This document shows positions 29,976-43,901 of a DNA stretch of 64,000 nt, piece after piece. The notes beneath the pieces were generated by a model. That model was not told where the DNA came from, did no database searches, and was given only the letters and a program-made list of their open reading frames with translations. Origin of the DNA: Chrysomallon squamiferum (lineage: Eukaryota > Animalia > Mollusca); assembly GCA_012295275.1 (NCBI GenBank), contig CM022669.1, positions 3,162,001-3,226,000 of the forward strand. The letters run 5' to 3'. The first letter of the stretch is position 1. Each line of letters opens with the position of its first letter. The position numbers and the translations under genes were made by a program.

Positions 29976-32848
29976 ATGTACTGTATAGAAATAAAACACA
30001 CTATGGCTTTTTTAATGTACGTTTAATATAACATCATTTTGTTCAAACTGAACGTTTAAAACCACTTTAATTCTTGTTAGTAAAACATAATACCAAACTG
30101 CTAACTTGCATCCACATCTTCTTTATCGCTCATTAGGTGAAAAGTCGCCATTACGTACACAAATCAAACCACGAATGCTAACTTATTATTTGTTTTCCTT
30201 ATAAGAAAAATACACTTCAGAGTGCATGTAATTACGAGATTTTATCTTTAGCGTATTTATCTAAATGTTTCTCTGAACAGGTATTTACTTTCACAGACAC
30301 CAGTTAACAGTTTATTCATCAACGAAATCAAATATTAAACCGAGACGTGTAAACACGTGACTTACCCCCCCCTGTACGCTGTCGCTAAAGAATATTCCGG
30401 TGTGTTTTCTAACAGTGTGATGCGCTCCGCTATGACGAATGTTCGGTCTTGTTTTCTTTATTTATATGGATGAATAATTTTAAATATTTGTCGAATCGAA
30501 ACGATACATTTATTATTATTATTATTAGTAGTAGTAGTAGTAGTAGTAGTAGTAGCTTTAAATTACAGTTTCAATATCGATCATTCTTCTTTTCGGAAAA
30601 ATGAAATGAAGAAAAAATGAAAGACTGCACATGTAAGATTTCATTAAAAATAACACTGAAATGGATGAAAGAAATTAAATTTTTTAATTTATAACTTTTC
30701 TTTTTGACTAGTTTTACTAGTAATTTATTATTATTAATTCTGTTAAATCAGTTATATCATCACAAAATCAAGATCAGTTTATCTGATATTCAATAAATGT
30801 GTTATTTTTTTCTATCATAAATACTGATCGATACTTTTGAACGACCATACAGTTTCTGTCATAAAATGTCAGACAAATTTAGTTGTGAAATTTAAGTTTC
30901 TTTCACTACATCATGCCCACTGAGCAATTTATTTTATTTTTTTCGTTCTGGGTGAGTTGTCGTTGTTTTATTTTTTTTTTTACAGTTTTATTTTTTTTTT
31001 TTTTTTTTTTCGTTGTTTGTTTGCTGTTTGCTCGTTTTTGTTGATTTGTTTTTGTTTCTGCTACTAAACGGATTGCACGTTCCTTGTTCCTGCACTTATT
31101 AGCACAAGAGAACAAATAGGAAGTGACAGTTTTTGTCTCTTTCGTTCTCATTCCGCCCTCGATCTGGTTTAATTGTGTAAAACCCGTGTTTCGCTCACGC
31201 ATGCCTTAGCGTGGCATTGTTCACCATTTAGCACCCGGTCGAAAAATAGCAAGTAATTCCAGAACATTCATTTCAGTGCCGTGCAACAAACTTGTACTGT
31301 GGTGTGCTCCTTTTCCGAAATATCTTTTTATGGAAAAGAATTAAAAAATTAAAATTAAAAAACAAGTTTTAAAAATTTTTCATTTTTCTTCTCTTTTTTT
31401 TCATCATTTTATTTTATTTTATTTTATTTTATTTTATTATTATTATTTTTTTTTTCATACATTTATTTTCTGCGTTGTTGTTGTTATTTGTTTTGTTTAT
31501 TTCCTTTTTTTATTGATTTATGTTTATTATTTGTTGCTTTGTCAGGAAGTATTAATATCTCTCTGGTTTGTATTTTTTCTTTCTGTATCTTTAAATTGTA
31601 GTCTTGTAATAACTAACATTTTATTTTGTCGTTGTCCTTTTTCGTTGTTCTTCAAACTGAATAACAATTTAGCTTTTACAAACTGAAGAATAAACAGTGG
31701 AGCAAATGCATTAAGACGTACAAACCGCTGATGTAAATTTAACTTGTCTAATACAGTGCAGACGAGATTAATAATTACTGTCATGTGAACTGCCCTGTGT
31801 GACTGAGATAGTCACCTGACTGACAGATTTCATGACAGCAGTCCACGTGCATCAGTCGTCACGACCACGAGAACAACTTTTAAACTTAGACATAGGTGAG
31901 AGGAAAAGCGGCGGAACAATGAACTGTTATTGGTTTAGCAAACAATCGCACTGAAAGAATGTCTTCTGCAATTAAAAATGCGAGATAAAATAAGCCTCTT
32001 GTATCCAGATGTGTTTGGTTTTGTTCACCGAAATATTTCATTCAGTTCAGTGGGGAAATCTGAATCAGGCGAGGTGGCTGCGTGATACTTAACAATATAA
32101 ATTGCATTTCGGTTTTTGGGGAGATTTTATCAAAAAATTTGACATTTACGTAATGTTATATCTGTTAAGGGAATATAGGTGGGTTTTTTTAAAACCTTTA
32201 TTTTATTGATTTATATTTTCAGTTTTTGAATTTCTTATCTTTTATGATTTCATACTCTTTTTCCTCTTTGGCGTTCATTTCATCTTTTCTAATTTAAACA
32301 AAATATTCTTTTTGTTTCGGTTAATTTCCTTTTTCCTTTCATTCTTTTCTTCGCTCTCTCTGTCCTATTTCTCTGTCGCTGTCTCATATTATACTGTTGT
32401 TGGATTTTGGAGGGAGTCACCGCAGAATAAAAACGATTCAAATTAACAGAAAACATATATAAAAATAAACAGGTCTCTTAATAATTATCAGTATTATAAT
32501 TCTATAAATCATTTTTACACAGTTTTGATTTTCTAGTGATTAACACTGAAAATGTAAACACAAAGACATATTATACAAACAAGCAAGAATAAATTATTGA
32601 ATTAACCTAGTTGATACTATCAGGAATTATAAAAACTAAAACTAAAACTAAAAACTAAAACGAATTCAAGTATTATATTTTATTGATTATTCAGACCAAT
32701 ATTCTCTTTTTCAGTTCATTTCGGACGCCTTTCATTAAAAGTTTACATTAATAATTTAAATACAAATATCTTCTCTTTAATTAAAACGAAATACAAATAA
32801 TTAAAACTTCAGGTCCAATAAAAATAAGATCACTTAATTGTCAAATTA

Positions 32849-33115
32849 GCAGTAATAATAGTAGTAGCTGTAGAAGCAGTAGTGGTAGCAGTATTAGTAG
32901 TTGTAGTAGCAGGAGTAATGGTGATAACGCTTTTGGTGGTATAATAGTTGTAGTAGTAGCAGAAGTGATAATAGTAACAACCGTAATAACGGTGGTAGTA
33001 GTTGTAGTGATAGTATTAGTGATATTAGTAGTTGTAATAGTAATAGTGATGGTAGTAGTAACAGTTATAATAGTAGTAGTTGCTATATAAGAACACACTT
33101 TAGTAGTAGGTGTAG
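32849..33115. repeat. Degenerate (TAG)n trinucleotide tract
   Basis: Low-complexity tag/taa/gtg units. Confidence 0.85.
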
Positions 33116-33127
33116 TTTTAATTTTTA

Positions 33128-33410
33128 CAGTGACGAAAGTGATGTAGCAGTTTTGCGTGCAGAGATCTGATGATGCCCGGGGCCAACTCCTTGATTATAT
33201 GCCCCCAAAGACTCAAGTGTAAGGCCTAGTACTGAGAAATATGATGGGAAAGGAAGATATTTTGAACATGTAAACATAGTTGAAACATAATATAAACACT
33301 TTATTCGATTTAAATATAAATGTATTAAGTTCTTTTCTCTAAATCGATGCCCACCTAGATGCCCGGGGCCACCGCTCCTTCGCCCCACCCCACCCCGCAA
33401 CACGCCACTG
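33128..33410. mobile_element. Possible MITE (non-autonomous DNA transposon)
   Basis: Ends cagtgacg...cgccactg form an imperfect short inverted repeat; gatgcccggggc occurs near both ends; GC-rich 3' end; it interrupts a (TAG)n tract. No target-site duplication seen. Confidence 0.45.
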
Positions 33411-34916
33411 TTGCCAGTATATTATAATAACAAGTGATTGCTGTAGTAAATGTAGTAGTGGTAGGAACAATTCTTTATGTTGTGCTAGTTATATTAATAA
33501 GAAGAAAAGAAAATGTCTGTGATATAATTACGACAGAAACAAAACTGATCTTCAAAACACTTCACATCTGATCTGTCTTCGTTTGACTCGAAATGCATCA
33601 GTTAGGTGAAAAATGTCATTTTCACTGGATTTCAAAAAATAAACCTTTATAAAAATATCATAAAGTAAACTTGAACTTGGCCGGTTGCTGATGAATGCAC
33701 GGAATGTGTGGAATGATTACTCGAAAAGAAATCGTTTAATTTTTTTCAACTTTGGTTCACATTTCTTTTTTTTTTTTTTTCCTTAATCTTTGCTTTCAAA
33801 TATTCACGATATTTTAAGTAACTTAATCATTTTATAAAATAATTATTGTTAGGAAAGTATGAAGGTATTATCGTTCAAAAACTGTTTGAAGAAAATGTTG
33901 TAGTCGTAGATAAATACGACTCAATGAAAGCTGTTATATATATACTGCGGAACGTTTTGCTGGCTGATGCAGTTCGAGTTTTAGACGCTAAAAGTTATGA
34001 TAAACAACAAAAAATAGTAAACCTTAAAATAAAACTTTCTGTGAAACCATAATTACTATTCACAATATTTTTTTGTTTAGAAAGATATAAAAATTAAATA
34101 AATTAATTAATTAATTAATAGTAGTAGTGATAGTTGTAGCTGTAGTAGTAAGGGTATGCGTAGCAGTAGTAGTTGTAGTAGTTGTAGTAGTAGTAGTAAT
34201 AGTTATAGCAGTAGTAAAATAATGAATTGTTGATTAAATGTAAAAATAAAACATATAATGAATAATACTTCATTACTGAATGATAACTGATGGGAATTGT
34301 ACAGACAGACATAGCTAAATATCTCACAGTTTGTCTCGTAACAACTTCACCCTCTAATTCGCTTGATACGACTCCAAGTATCACTCGTAGACTGATCTAA
34401 GTCAATATTCGCGACTTCGCACAGTGAGTCAAAATATGACAGATGTAGATCTTGTATTGAATCAGGTCTTTTGTTTTAAAGCTGCCGGGAATTTTTAAAT
34501 AAACATGAATATTTGGCACACGAACTATGTGTTATTAAATCATTAGACTGAAGACTATTTTATTTTATTTATTTTTATTATTTATTATTTTTATAATTTA
34601 TTCATTTACGTATTATTTTTTGTTTGTCTTGTTGCATTTTTTAATCATAGTTTTCATTTTTTAATATATATTGTTGTTTTCTTTAATTTTTCTTTTTTTT
34701 CTTTTTTCTCTTTTTTTTCTCATTTCGGGCAAGTGTTTCTTGACTCTTTGTTTAATTTGTTTCTTAATTTGTGAACGGCTTTGAATAGCCGGTGGTACTG
34801 TTTACTTTTAATAAAATTGTAATAACTGATGCCAAATTCATCTCGTGTAAACATTCTGGCATTTTAACATTATAGATGTTGATAGAGGATATTTGTAATT
34901 AGTGAACAGATTCAGT

Positions 34917-34920
<4 letters not shown>

Positions 34921-35009
<89 letters not shown>
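34921..35009. repeat. (CT)n microsatellite
   Basis: Perfect dinucleotide run. Confidence 0.97.
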
Positions 35010-35015
<6 letters not shown>

Positions 35016-35576
35016 CTCTCTGGCTCTCAGTTTCTCTCGCTTTCTCTCACTCAGATTTTCACTGCATGAACTTTTAGAAAATGTTCACATTTAGTTAATT
35101 ATAAAAATAAACTAATACTGGAAGATATTCATATTGATATTGAACAAACATCAAGAAGTCACGAGGGATAAAGTCAACATAAAGACAGTCCAAAATAACC
35201 TGCCTTAATAAAGACATATGGATCGAAATAAATGCACTGTTTATAACTAAAGTACGTTATCTGTATTGTTTTGTTAAAATATGTTTGCCAAAGATTGCGT
35301 TCGTTACCGGTATTAGCTTTTTAAGACCCTAGATTGATCTCCGAACGAAAACAGGACAAACTGGTTTAGAAAATATCTCTCTGCGAAATTATACTATGTT
35401 AAGCTGACGAATTTGCACTTGCATGAAAATATGCAGGAATTTCTCACAGCAATATCATCCTTTTTCAGATCGTTTTTCTGCAAAGATATCGACGAAAATT
35501 TCGTAATATTTCATAAGATTCAGTAATGGAATTTTTTATTTATTATATTTTTTTAATATTTTTTTTATTATTCTTA

Positions 35577-35622
<46 letters not shown>

Positions 35623-35640
35623 TTGTATTAATATTATTAT

Positions 35641-35701
<61 letters not shown>

Positions 35702-36024
35702 ATTACTACATCTATTATTTTTGATATTTCTTATTCATTTATTTCTCATTATTTACTAAATTTGTAATTATGATTTTGTTGAGTTGCTTTTATCTTTTCT
35801 TTATTTTTATAATTATTCGTATACTTTAAAATAAAATTTAAAAATCACCACGTTTGTTGATATCTTGCCGATATTATATTTACTGTGATATTATGATTTT
35901 AAATAAAATATACAATTACTATTATCCGACTTTTTTTTCTTCTGAAAATATCACAGGTATATTTCGCTTCGTTTGTGTGTGTTAGACGTTTTAATTTTCT
36001 ATTTCTTATTTTATTTTATTTTAT

Positions 36025-36065
<41 letters not shown>

Positions 36066-36515
36066 ATTATTATTATTTAGTAATTTGTGTATAACTACAT
36101 TTAAATTGACTCTTTACCCAAGTTTCATCAAACTGGTTTAAATCATTCTTTTACAGTGTCGGCCAGTCTCAACATCGATCAAACTGTGCTTGAAAGATAG
36201 CTAGCCAACACCACAGTCACAGCCTCTTCTTCTCTGTAACAACTGAACCATTCTACATCTATCATTATGCTTGTGGCGAACTGCTGATTTAAAATAATTC
36301 CTATAAAACATCCCATAAAGCCTACTTCATTCATTCATTCATATCAGATAAAATAACATTTAGTGGATGTCTTTAATTACTTTTATGTCTGTTTTATTTG
36401 TGTTGTGTTGTGTTGTGTTGTGTCGTGTTTTGTTTTGTTTTGTTTTGTTTTGTTTTGTTTGTTTTTATTTTATTTTTAGTTCAGTTTCAGTTGTTGTTGT
36501 TTGTTTTACGTTTCA

Positions 36516-36568
<53 letters not shown>

Positions 36569-36779
36569 TGTAGTTGTTACGTTGACGTAGAAGGCTAACA
36601 ACTGAAGGGAGATAACCGATTGTTTCTTGGGCTACCCATTGATAAATGAAGAGATTAAATTATTCGGCAGAGTATCTGCAGATATTAACATATAATAACT
36701 ACCATTCAGTATTAAGATAATTCCTCAAAAATCATGCTTTGTATTACTGAAACTATCCTGAATTTATGCGATTAGAAAT

Positions 36780-36966
36780 AGTCAGTACCGCCCGAAAAGC
36801 ATCGTTATTACTGATGGCGACTTATTATTGGAATGGTGCGCTTGGTGGAAACTAAAATACGAAATATAAAGCCGGAAATTTCCATTAAGCCCATTTCCTG
36901 ACATCGAGTGGAACACGAGCTTCATTTATTTTTCACGTTTTATATACATATCTTTTAGCAGCAGAT
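36780..36966 (+). promoter_or_regulatory. Probable TATA-poor housekeeping promoter / 5' UTR of STOML2
   Basis: CpG-containing patch just upstream of the ATG with a YY1-like GATGGCG (36813) and ETS-like CCGGAA (36872) and TTTCCTG (36894). Motif-level evidence only. Confidence 0.4.
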
Positions 36967-38902
36967 ATGATTCGCAGTTTTACAGGCAGAAGAGGATTAA
37001 GACTTTTGCAGGTACAGATTTACCATAAAAGTTATTAGTGTATGCATTATAAATGTGCATCAGAACAATAAAATCGGCATCTGTTACTGTCGACCTCAAC
37101 TTTAATTAACAGTTTTTCGCTAGTTCATTACGTCCATTAATACATTTTATAATGTTGTCTTTCGATGTCTGTAAATTAGATTGAAATGAAATAAACAAGC
37201 TATAACTTTAAAAATAAAATTATTATGTTATTTAAAGAAAAAACACATTTGAATTCAGTATCCTGATGCAATAATTTAAAGAGGATTGCCTCTTCTATCT
37301 ATTATTATACTACTACTAGTAATAATAATATGTAAAAAGTGTATTACTTTTAGTCATATGACTCATTTGTGTTTCAGTGGCAACTGTAATGCATCGGGTT
37401 GAAGTTTGTAGCATTATATCAATCAAAACTACTTATCTTTTCAATGATTTGTATAAGGAATAAGTTCAATAACGTTAAATCAAAGATGAAAATTATTTAA
37501 TTAGGATTATGCATTAGAAAACTGGAATTTACTTTTAAGGATACATGTCATAAATATTTCTCTATTTTCTAGCACGCAGTACGTCAGACAGAGCAACAGG
37601 TACGATGTCGGTCGCATCTTCCATTTAACACTGTCGTGTTGTTTGTACCACAGCAAGAGGCCTGGGTTGTGGAAAGATTTGGAAAATACAACAGAATTCT
37701 TGAACCTGTGAGTAATGGATGCCTGTCGTTTGTAATATTTATTTTAAATACTGTGAGAATTATACATAATTTAATATTTCAGATTACTTTAAAAAATAAA
37801 ATAAATAATTTACCCATAATATATCATTATTTGGTTTGATTATATCAAACATTCACAAGTTAAATTATAGTTGTAAATGTATCATATTCTTTTCAGGGAT
37901 TGAATATAATTTTGCCTGTAGTAGATTCTATAAAATATGTGCAGAGTCTTAAAGAGATTGCACTGAATGTGCCTCACCAAGCAGCAATCACACTTGGTAA
38001 GTCATTATTACTGTTAATATTTATATAGTTATTATTATTGTTGTTAATATCTATATAGTCGTTATTATTAGTATTAAATAATTAATATTTAAATAATTAG
38101 AAATATCATTGTTAATATTTGTATAGTTAAAATTAGGTTTATTATTCAAAATATCTGCATTTCTATTAATTATTGCTGTTAATATTTTGCAAATGGATTT
38201 CAGTTGATTGTTATTATTAATATGTTCATCATTAATCACTTCAGTATAATATATACAAAACAGTGAAATTTATAATCATATGTTGTAAGCTACATCTGTG
38301 TAGATAATTCCAGCAACATTAAATAATTATATTGTCTCAGAATGTGTTTATTGTTATTTTTGAGTATTCACAAGTGAAAATAACTTTTTTAGTAATTATT
38401 ATATTATTTTGATAAATAATAAACTGTGTTGTAAATTATTTATTAATTTCAGATAATGTAACTCTAACAATGGATGCTGTTTTGTATCTTAGAGTAGTCG
38501 AACCATATAAAGTAAATATTGATTCACTTATTCTCATTTCTGTTTTTCATTTAACAATCCAGTATCTCTAACTTGTAAAAGATGAGAGTATCTCTAACTT
38601 GTGAAAGATGAGAGAAAACATAAAAATATAATTATATATCTTGTAAAATTTCCACACTTGGAGAACAGTAATTTCTTTTTATTACTTCTTAACAGCTGGT
38701 TTATATAACTGTAACAGATTAGTTTACTCATTTCTTTTTGTTGCCATGGAATTAGGAGGATACAGTAAGAACTAGAAAAAGAAACTCATTTTTTTTTACT
38801 ATTAGATCAAATATGCAAGAACTAAAATACTAAAATACTTTGAATCTATCAAATTTATAGTGAATTTTGTTTCATAAATTTTTTATTTCTATTAAAAAAA
38901 TA

Positions 38903-38963
<61 letters not shown>

Positions 38964-41879
38964 TGTAAGTATATTGTTGTGCTGTAGGCCTGTTATGGAG
39001 TGGAAGATCCAGAGTATGCCATCACACAGTTAGCTCAGACAACAATGAGATCAGAAATAGGAAAAATGTTACTTGATGCAGTCTTTAGGGAGAGGGAGTC
39101 TCTCAATTATAACATTGTTGGTAAGATTGTTTTTTTTTATTTTCACCTCTGTTATAAATCAGTCATGTTTTATTAAAAGATTTTTTTAAATATTATTTTA
39201 TATGTATATAATTACTATTATTATTATAATTACTTTTATTTTTGCACTTCATCTGTTTCATGAAATATTGTTAGATGTATTTAGACTTTAAATTTTATTG
39301 CCTAAAGATACTAAAAACTTTTTAATTGCAGATCATTTAACATTTTTAATAATTAACTAACTTAAATATAATTATAAAACTTTTGGAGATTTGCTGACTT
39401 ACTAATTCGATCTTGTTACACTTATAATAACAGAACTGTCAGGTGTTTTTAAATATCCTACACAGAAACTACATGATGTGAATTTATATTTACAGAAGCC
39501 ATAAACAAAGCATCTGAAGCGTGGGGTGTGAGGTGTATGCGATACGAAATCAGTAAGTCACAACACAACATTTTTATTACTGATTTAATTTAATTCCATA
39601 TAATATAACTTAGTAACCTTGGTTTTACTTAGGGAAAAAGTATAGTTTTCTCCTTTTTCCTTTATTTCAAAATTGTAATTCTGGGCTGAAAGGTGTTTGG
39701 TTGCTCTCAAAATAACTGTTAAAATAAGTTACTTCTTAAATTAGGAAAAAGGCACAAATAGCACAGTGGTTTGCAATAAACTAAAACTGTTTTTATGTAA
39801 ACAAGAACAGTTTCAGAATCATTTTACTAAACTAAATAAAATTAATGGCAGTTAAGAAAATCTGTGTAATGTTTTGTTTTGTACTTTCTAAGAGATGTCA
39901 CAATGTAATTCTGAATCATACATCAGTCTGTTGTCATGCGCTGTATAAAAACACTGTGTCTTGTATTTTACTGCATAACTCTTCATTAAGCATGACTGTA
40001 CAGACTTGCTGAGTAATAATATTATATTATGTTAGGTCTTATGAAATCTGCTTTAAACTATATCTGACATTTTATTATAAAATATTGTTTATGTTTGTGT
40101 AACAGGAGATATCAAGTTACCACAGAGAGTGCAAGAAGCCATGCAGATGCAGGTGGAAGCAGAAAGAAAGAAAAGGGCAGCCATTTTAGAATCAGAAGGT
40201 TTTTAATTATTATTTTATTCCATTTGAAAAAAAACAAACATATTTTGCTCTGTTCTATATTTATGTTGAAATTATTTAATGAATAAGACTAAAGCTTAAA
40301 TTTTTATTTAAAACTGCTGTTGTTGATTGTGTTTTTATTTGATAATTTGTTTTTGTTTAGGTATACGAGAGGCAGAAATTAATGTAGCAGAAGGTAAAAA
40401 ACAGGCGAGAATTCTCAACTCAGAAGCCAACAAGATGGAACAAATAAATCAAGCTGTTGGTATGCAGTCATTTGTTAAATACTTGTTTCCCTTTTGATTC
40501 TTATTTTTATTTTTTGTAATCTGTAGTTTTTATTAAAACTGTCAATTTCAATTATACTGGTTAGACAAACTGGGAAATACTGGAAAGGTGAAGGTGGCAT
40601 GTGATCACTGTAAAGTATTCTGCAACCCTTTGCTATAAAGATGAACAGATTTGGTCCTCTATAAAAATTGAATGTGCAGAAAGTAAATAATGGTATTGCC
40701 ATTAAATTGCTTTAATTATTATGATTTTCACCTTTAAACATTTTACTTGTATTTCTAGGTGAGGCAGAAGCTTTAATTGCCAAAGCAACAGCAAAAGGAA
40801 AATCAGTCAGCATTGTAGCCCAGGCTTTATCTCATAAAGTGAGTGATTTAAATATCATTATATCCAATATCTTTGATTCAGTACATTCTGCATAATAAAT
40901 GCCAGTACTAATTCGGAAACATTTTACAATATTAGTTTGAATATGAAATCATACTTGATTCACTTGTTTTGTTTTAATTTCAGAATGGTATGAATGCAGT
41001 TTCATTCAATGTTGCAGAGCAGTATGTGAAAGCATTTAGTAACCTGGCAAAGACTGGAAACACCTTGATTTTACCTGCAAGTACAGGTGATGTGTCCAGC
41101 ATTGTAGCTCAGGTAAAATAATTGTATTAAGTATTTTGTTAAATTTTTTGGATTTGATATGGGTTAAAACAAGTCCACGATTGTTTGTGTAGATCTTTTA
41201 AAGTGTCTGTATTTCGTTATATGCCTTAGATCGTTTTATTTTCCATATCACCCATTGTTCCTCAACTGACAATCAAAGGCTGTGTTATCAACTTTCCGTA
41301 ACTACACATATAATAGAATATTACTAAATAAAAAATGTATGTAGTCAAATAAAATATATTTTCTGTCCTTTCCTATTGAACTGTAATTGGAAATTATCAA
41401 TCCAAAGGATTCTATGCTTGAAATGATATAACTATGACAGAATAAAACAAGATTCTTTGCTTAATTTAATTCCTTCAGCTGCTTAAACAAAGAATGTTGT
41501 ATTAATGAAACATATGAACAGTTTTTATTTACTCCATTTGTAAAGCACTGGATCATGAAAAAGATGTTTAGTTTTAATTCCTGAGTGAGAAATGAGTAAA
41601 TATTTGACACTGATGTATTTACATGAATGTTTGCAGGCTATGACAATCTACAAGAATCTAGCAGACAAAAATATCGACACAAATACCGAGGTTGAAGATA
41701 CCATGGACGAGACCACTACGGCAACTGAAACACTATCGTCGTTGTCCCAGTTTGAGAAAATGGAGGAATTCTCATCTCCGACATTTGACGAAATTGACCA
41801 GAGAGATTCTGAAAAGACAGACTCCGCACACAGCAAAATGGACCATAGCGATGACAAAACAACAAAAAAGCCTTCTTGA
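36967..41879 (+). CDS. STOML2: Stomatin-like protein 2, mitochondrial (SPFH/Band 7 family); 11 exons, 390 aa
   Basis: Exons 36967-37011, 37573-37707, 37897-37996, 38453-38511, 38988-39120, 39496-39552, 40106-40198, 40361-40459, 40759-40838, 40984-41112, 41637-41879. All GT-AG and phase-compatible, total 1173 nt. Signature peptides NTVVLFVPQQEAWVVERFGK, YGVEDPEYAITQLAQTTMRSEIGK, MQMQVEAERKKRAAILESEG, VAEQYVKAFSNLAK. Arg-rich N-terminus MIRSFTGRRGLRLLQ fits a mitochondrial presequence. Confidence 0.96.
38561..38612. repeat. 26-bp tandem duplication in STOML2 intron 4
   Basis: agtatctctaacttgt(a/g)aaagatgag twice. Confidence 0.85.
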
Positions 41880-43079
41880 TGTAAACCTGTTTGACATTTC
41901 GAAAACTTAAAGTGTACAACATGACTGTGATGAAACTCCAGTTTTTAAGTTGAATTGTGTGATGGAAAGATCACGTAAAAGTTAATTATGAATCAAAGAT
42001 GGTGCACATTTAATGTATGTAAAAAATTTTAATTTTTTTTTAAATCATGTATATACTAACAAAGTAAAAATTCTGACAGGAAGTTTTTTTGTTTGTTTAA
42101 ATTCATATCTTTTGAGTTGGTTCAGTTTTGGGCATTACTTCATAAATTATATTTTTATGGAAAACATGATAGCTTTCAAACAAAATGAGAATTCACCTGT
42201 AAAATTATTTTTCAAAATGTAATGATAAAAAAATAATAATAATAAAATGAAATAACAGTGCTGAAACAGTTAATATACATTCAGCTTTAAAAATTATTAT
42301 TTCATGTGGTGAAGGAAATAAAATTGGATGTAATTTGGTTTTTAATCATTGCTTCCAAATCTTTATCTTAGTCATCTCATTTATATTTTAATTTCCTTAG
42401 AGGACCACCTTGTGAAATTAAAACAATTGTAATTTTCAATGTCTACAGAATGACAATCACTTCCATAAAACAACTTAACAGTGGTAGATCACATTTTTCA
42501 CTCACTGATGCTACAATGTAAATATGCATGTGCATCCTGGGACATCATACAGTTTAAAATACAAACCTGAAATGTAATGAAAAGATATACACATCTGTCC
42601 CCTGATTCCAAATGTTATTAGTAAATTGATAGTGTTCTATTGAGATGGCAAAAATAGCAATTGTAATACATTCCAGTTAGCATAGGGTTCAAAAATGATA
42701 CTTGTCTTATGACTTGAAAGTTTTAGAATTTAGTGTATTTAATACATGTAGTACAAGAACTAAGGTAAACAGCTTTACCATTTCAGTTCTGTAACAACAA
42801 ATGATTTATAAATAACTCACATAAAAAATGCTGAATATATGGTTGTGTGATAGTTATTAAATATTGAAAGAGCCCATAACAAACTTTTATAAAAAAAATT
42901 ATCTGAAATTTGCTTCTGAGGGTCATCACATGCTAATTTTTTATCCTAGGTAATCAGTTTTGTGTCTGCAGGATATAAAACAGTAATTTCAATGCTTATA
43001 GTTTTAAAAATCTTCCATGTCTTTGTCAAATGGTCCTTAGTTCATTCTGTTGCCCAGGAAACAGTTTATTATATATATA

Positions 43080-43123
<44 letters not shown>

Positions 43124-43901
43124 TGAAAACATTTTATTATATCAAAAATTAGCACATTATTAGAAAATATATATGTATAAACAAAACACTGGAGGTAAAC
43201 AAATTATGTTAATGTTTTTCATTATAAACAATTTGAGCATAAATATTTTCACCGTTAGTATTGATATTTAAATGGCATCACAAGTTCAAAGTATTAGCAA
43301 AAATAAATTAATAATAACTTCATATCCATATCTACAGCAGCAGGATTAGTATTATTTTGAATTGTGCAAGTGCTAAAGATTTAAATAAATCCACATTTTT
43401 ATATCACAGAATTTTACAAAACTTGTATTCAACTAATGCACCAGCTTCATATTTCAATTATCAAAATTATCTATCATAATTCTTATCGAAAACATATAAA
43501 AATTTATTTGACTGTGTGCAGTAGATTTGCCAGATCATGAAAACAGAATTAGGAAATAAACAGTTTGTCTTCATGCACCAATTATTTCATTAAGAATGAA
43601 GAGCACCAGTGATCAACATTTTCTATTTCAATTCACATTAGGACATACAGTTTTATTTATTGCCAATTTGTCAAACCAGGACACTTAATAAATATTTTAT
43701 AGTCACATTATTTCATTTTCTTTAGTTACAAGCATAATGATGAAAATTTGCTATTTCAGTACATATATTATAATTTTGTTCTGATCATTTACAATAGTAG
43801 CCTTGCCAATTTCTCAACTACATCTATAATTTTTTTGTCCTACCAGATGATTATTTCATTATCTCCAAGTATCCGTAGGAGCAGCACCAGTTATCACTAT
43901 T

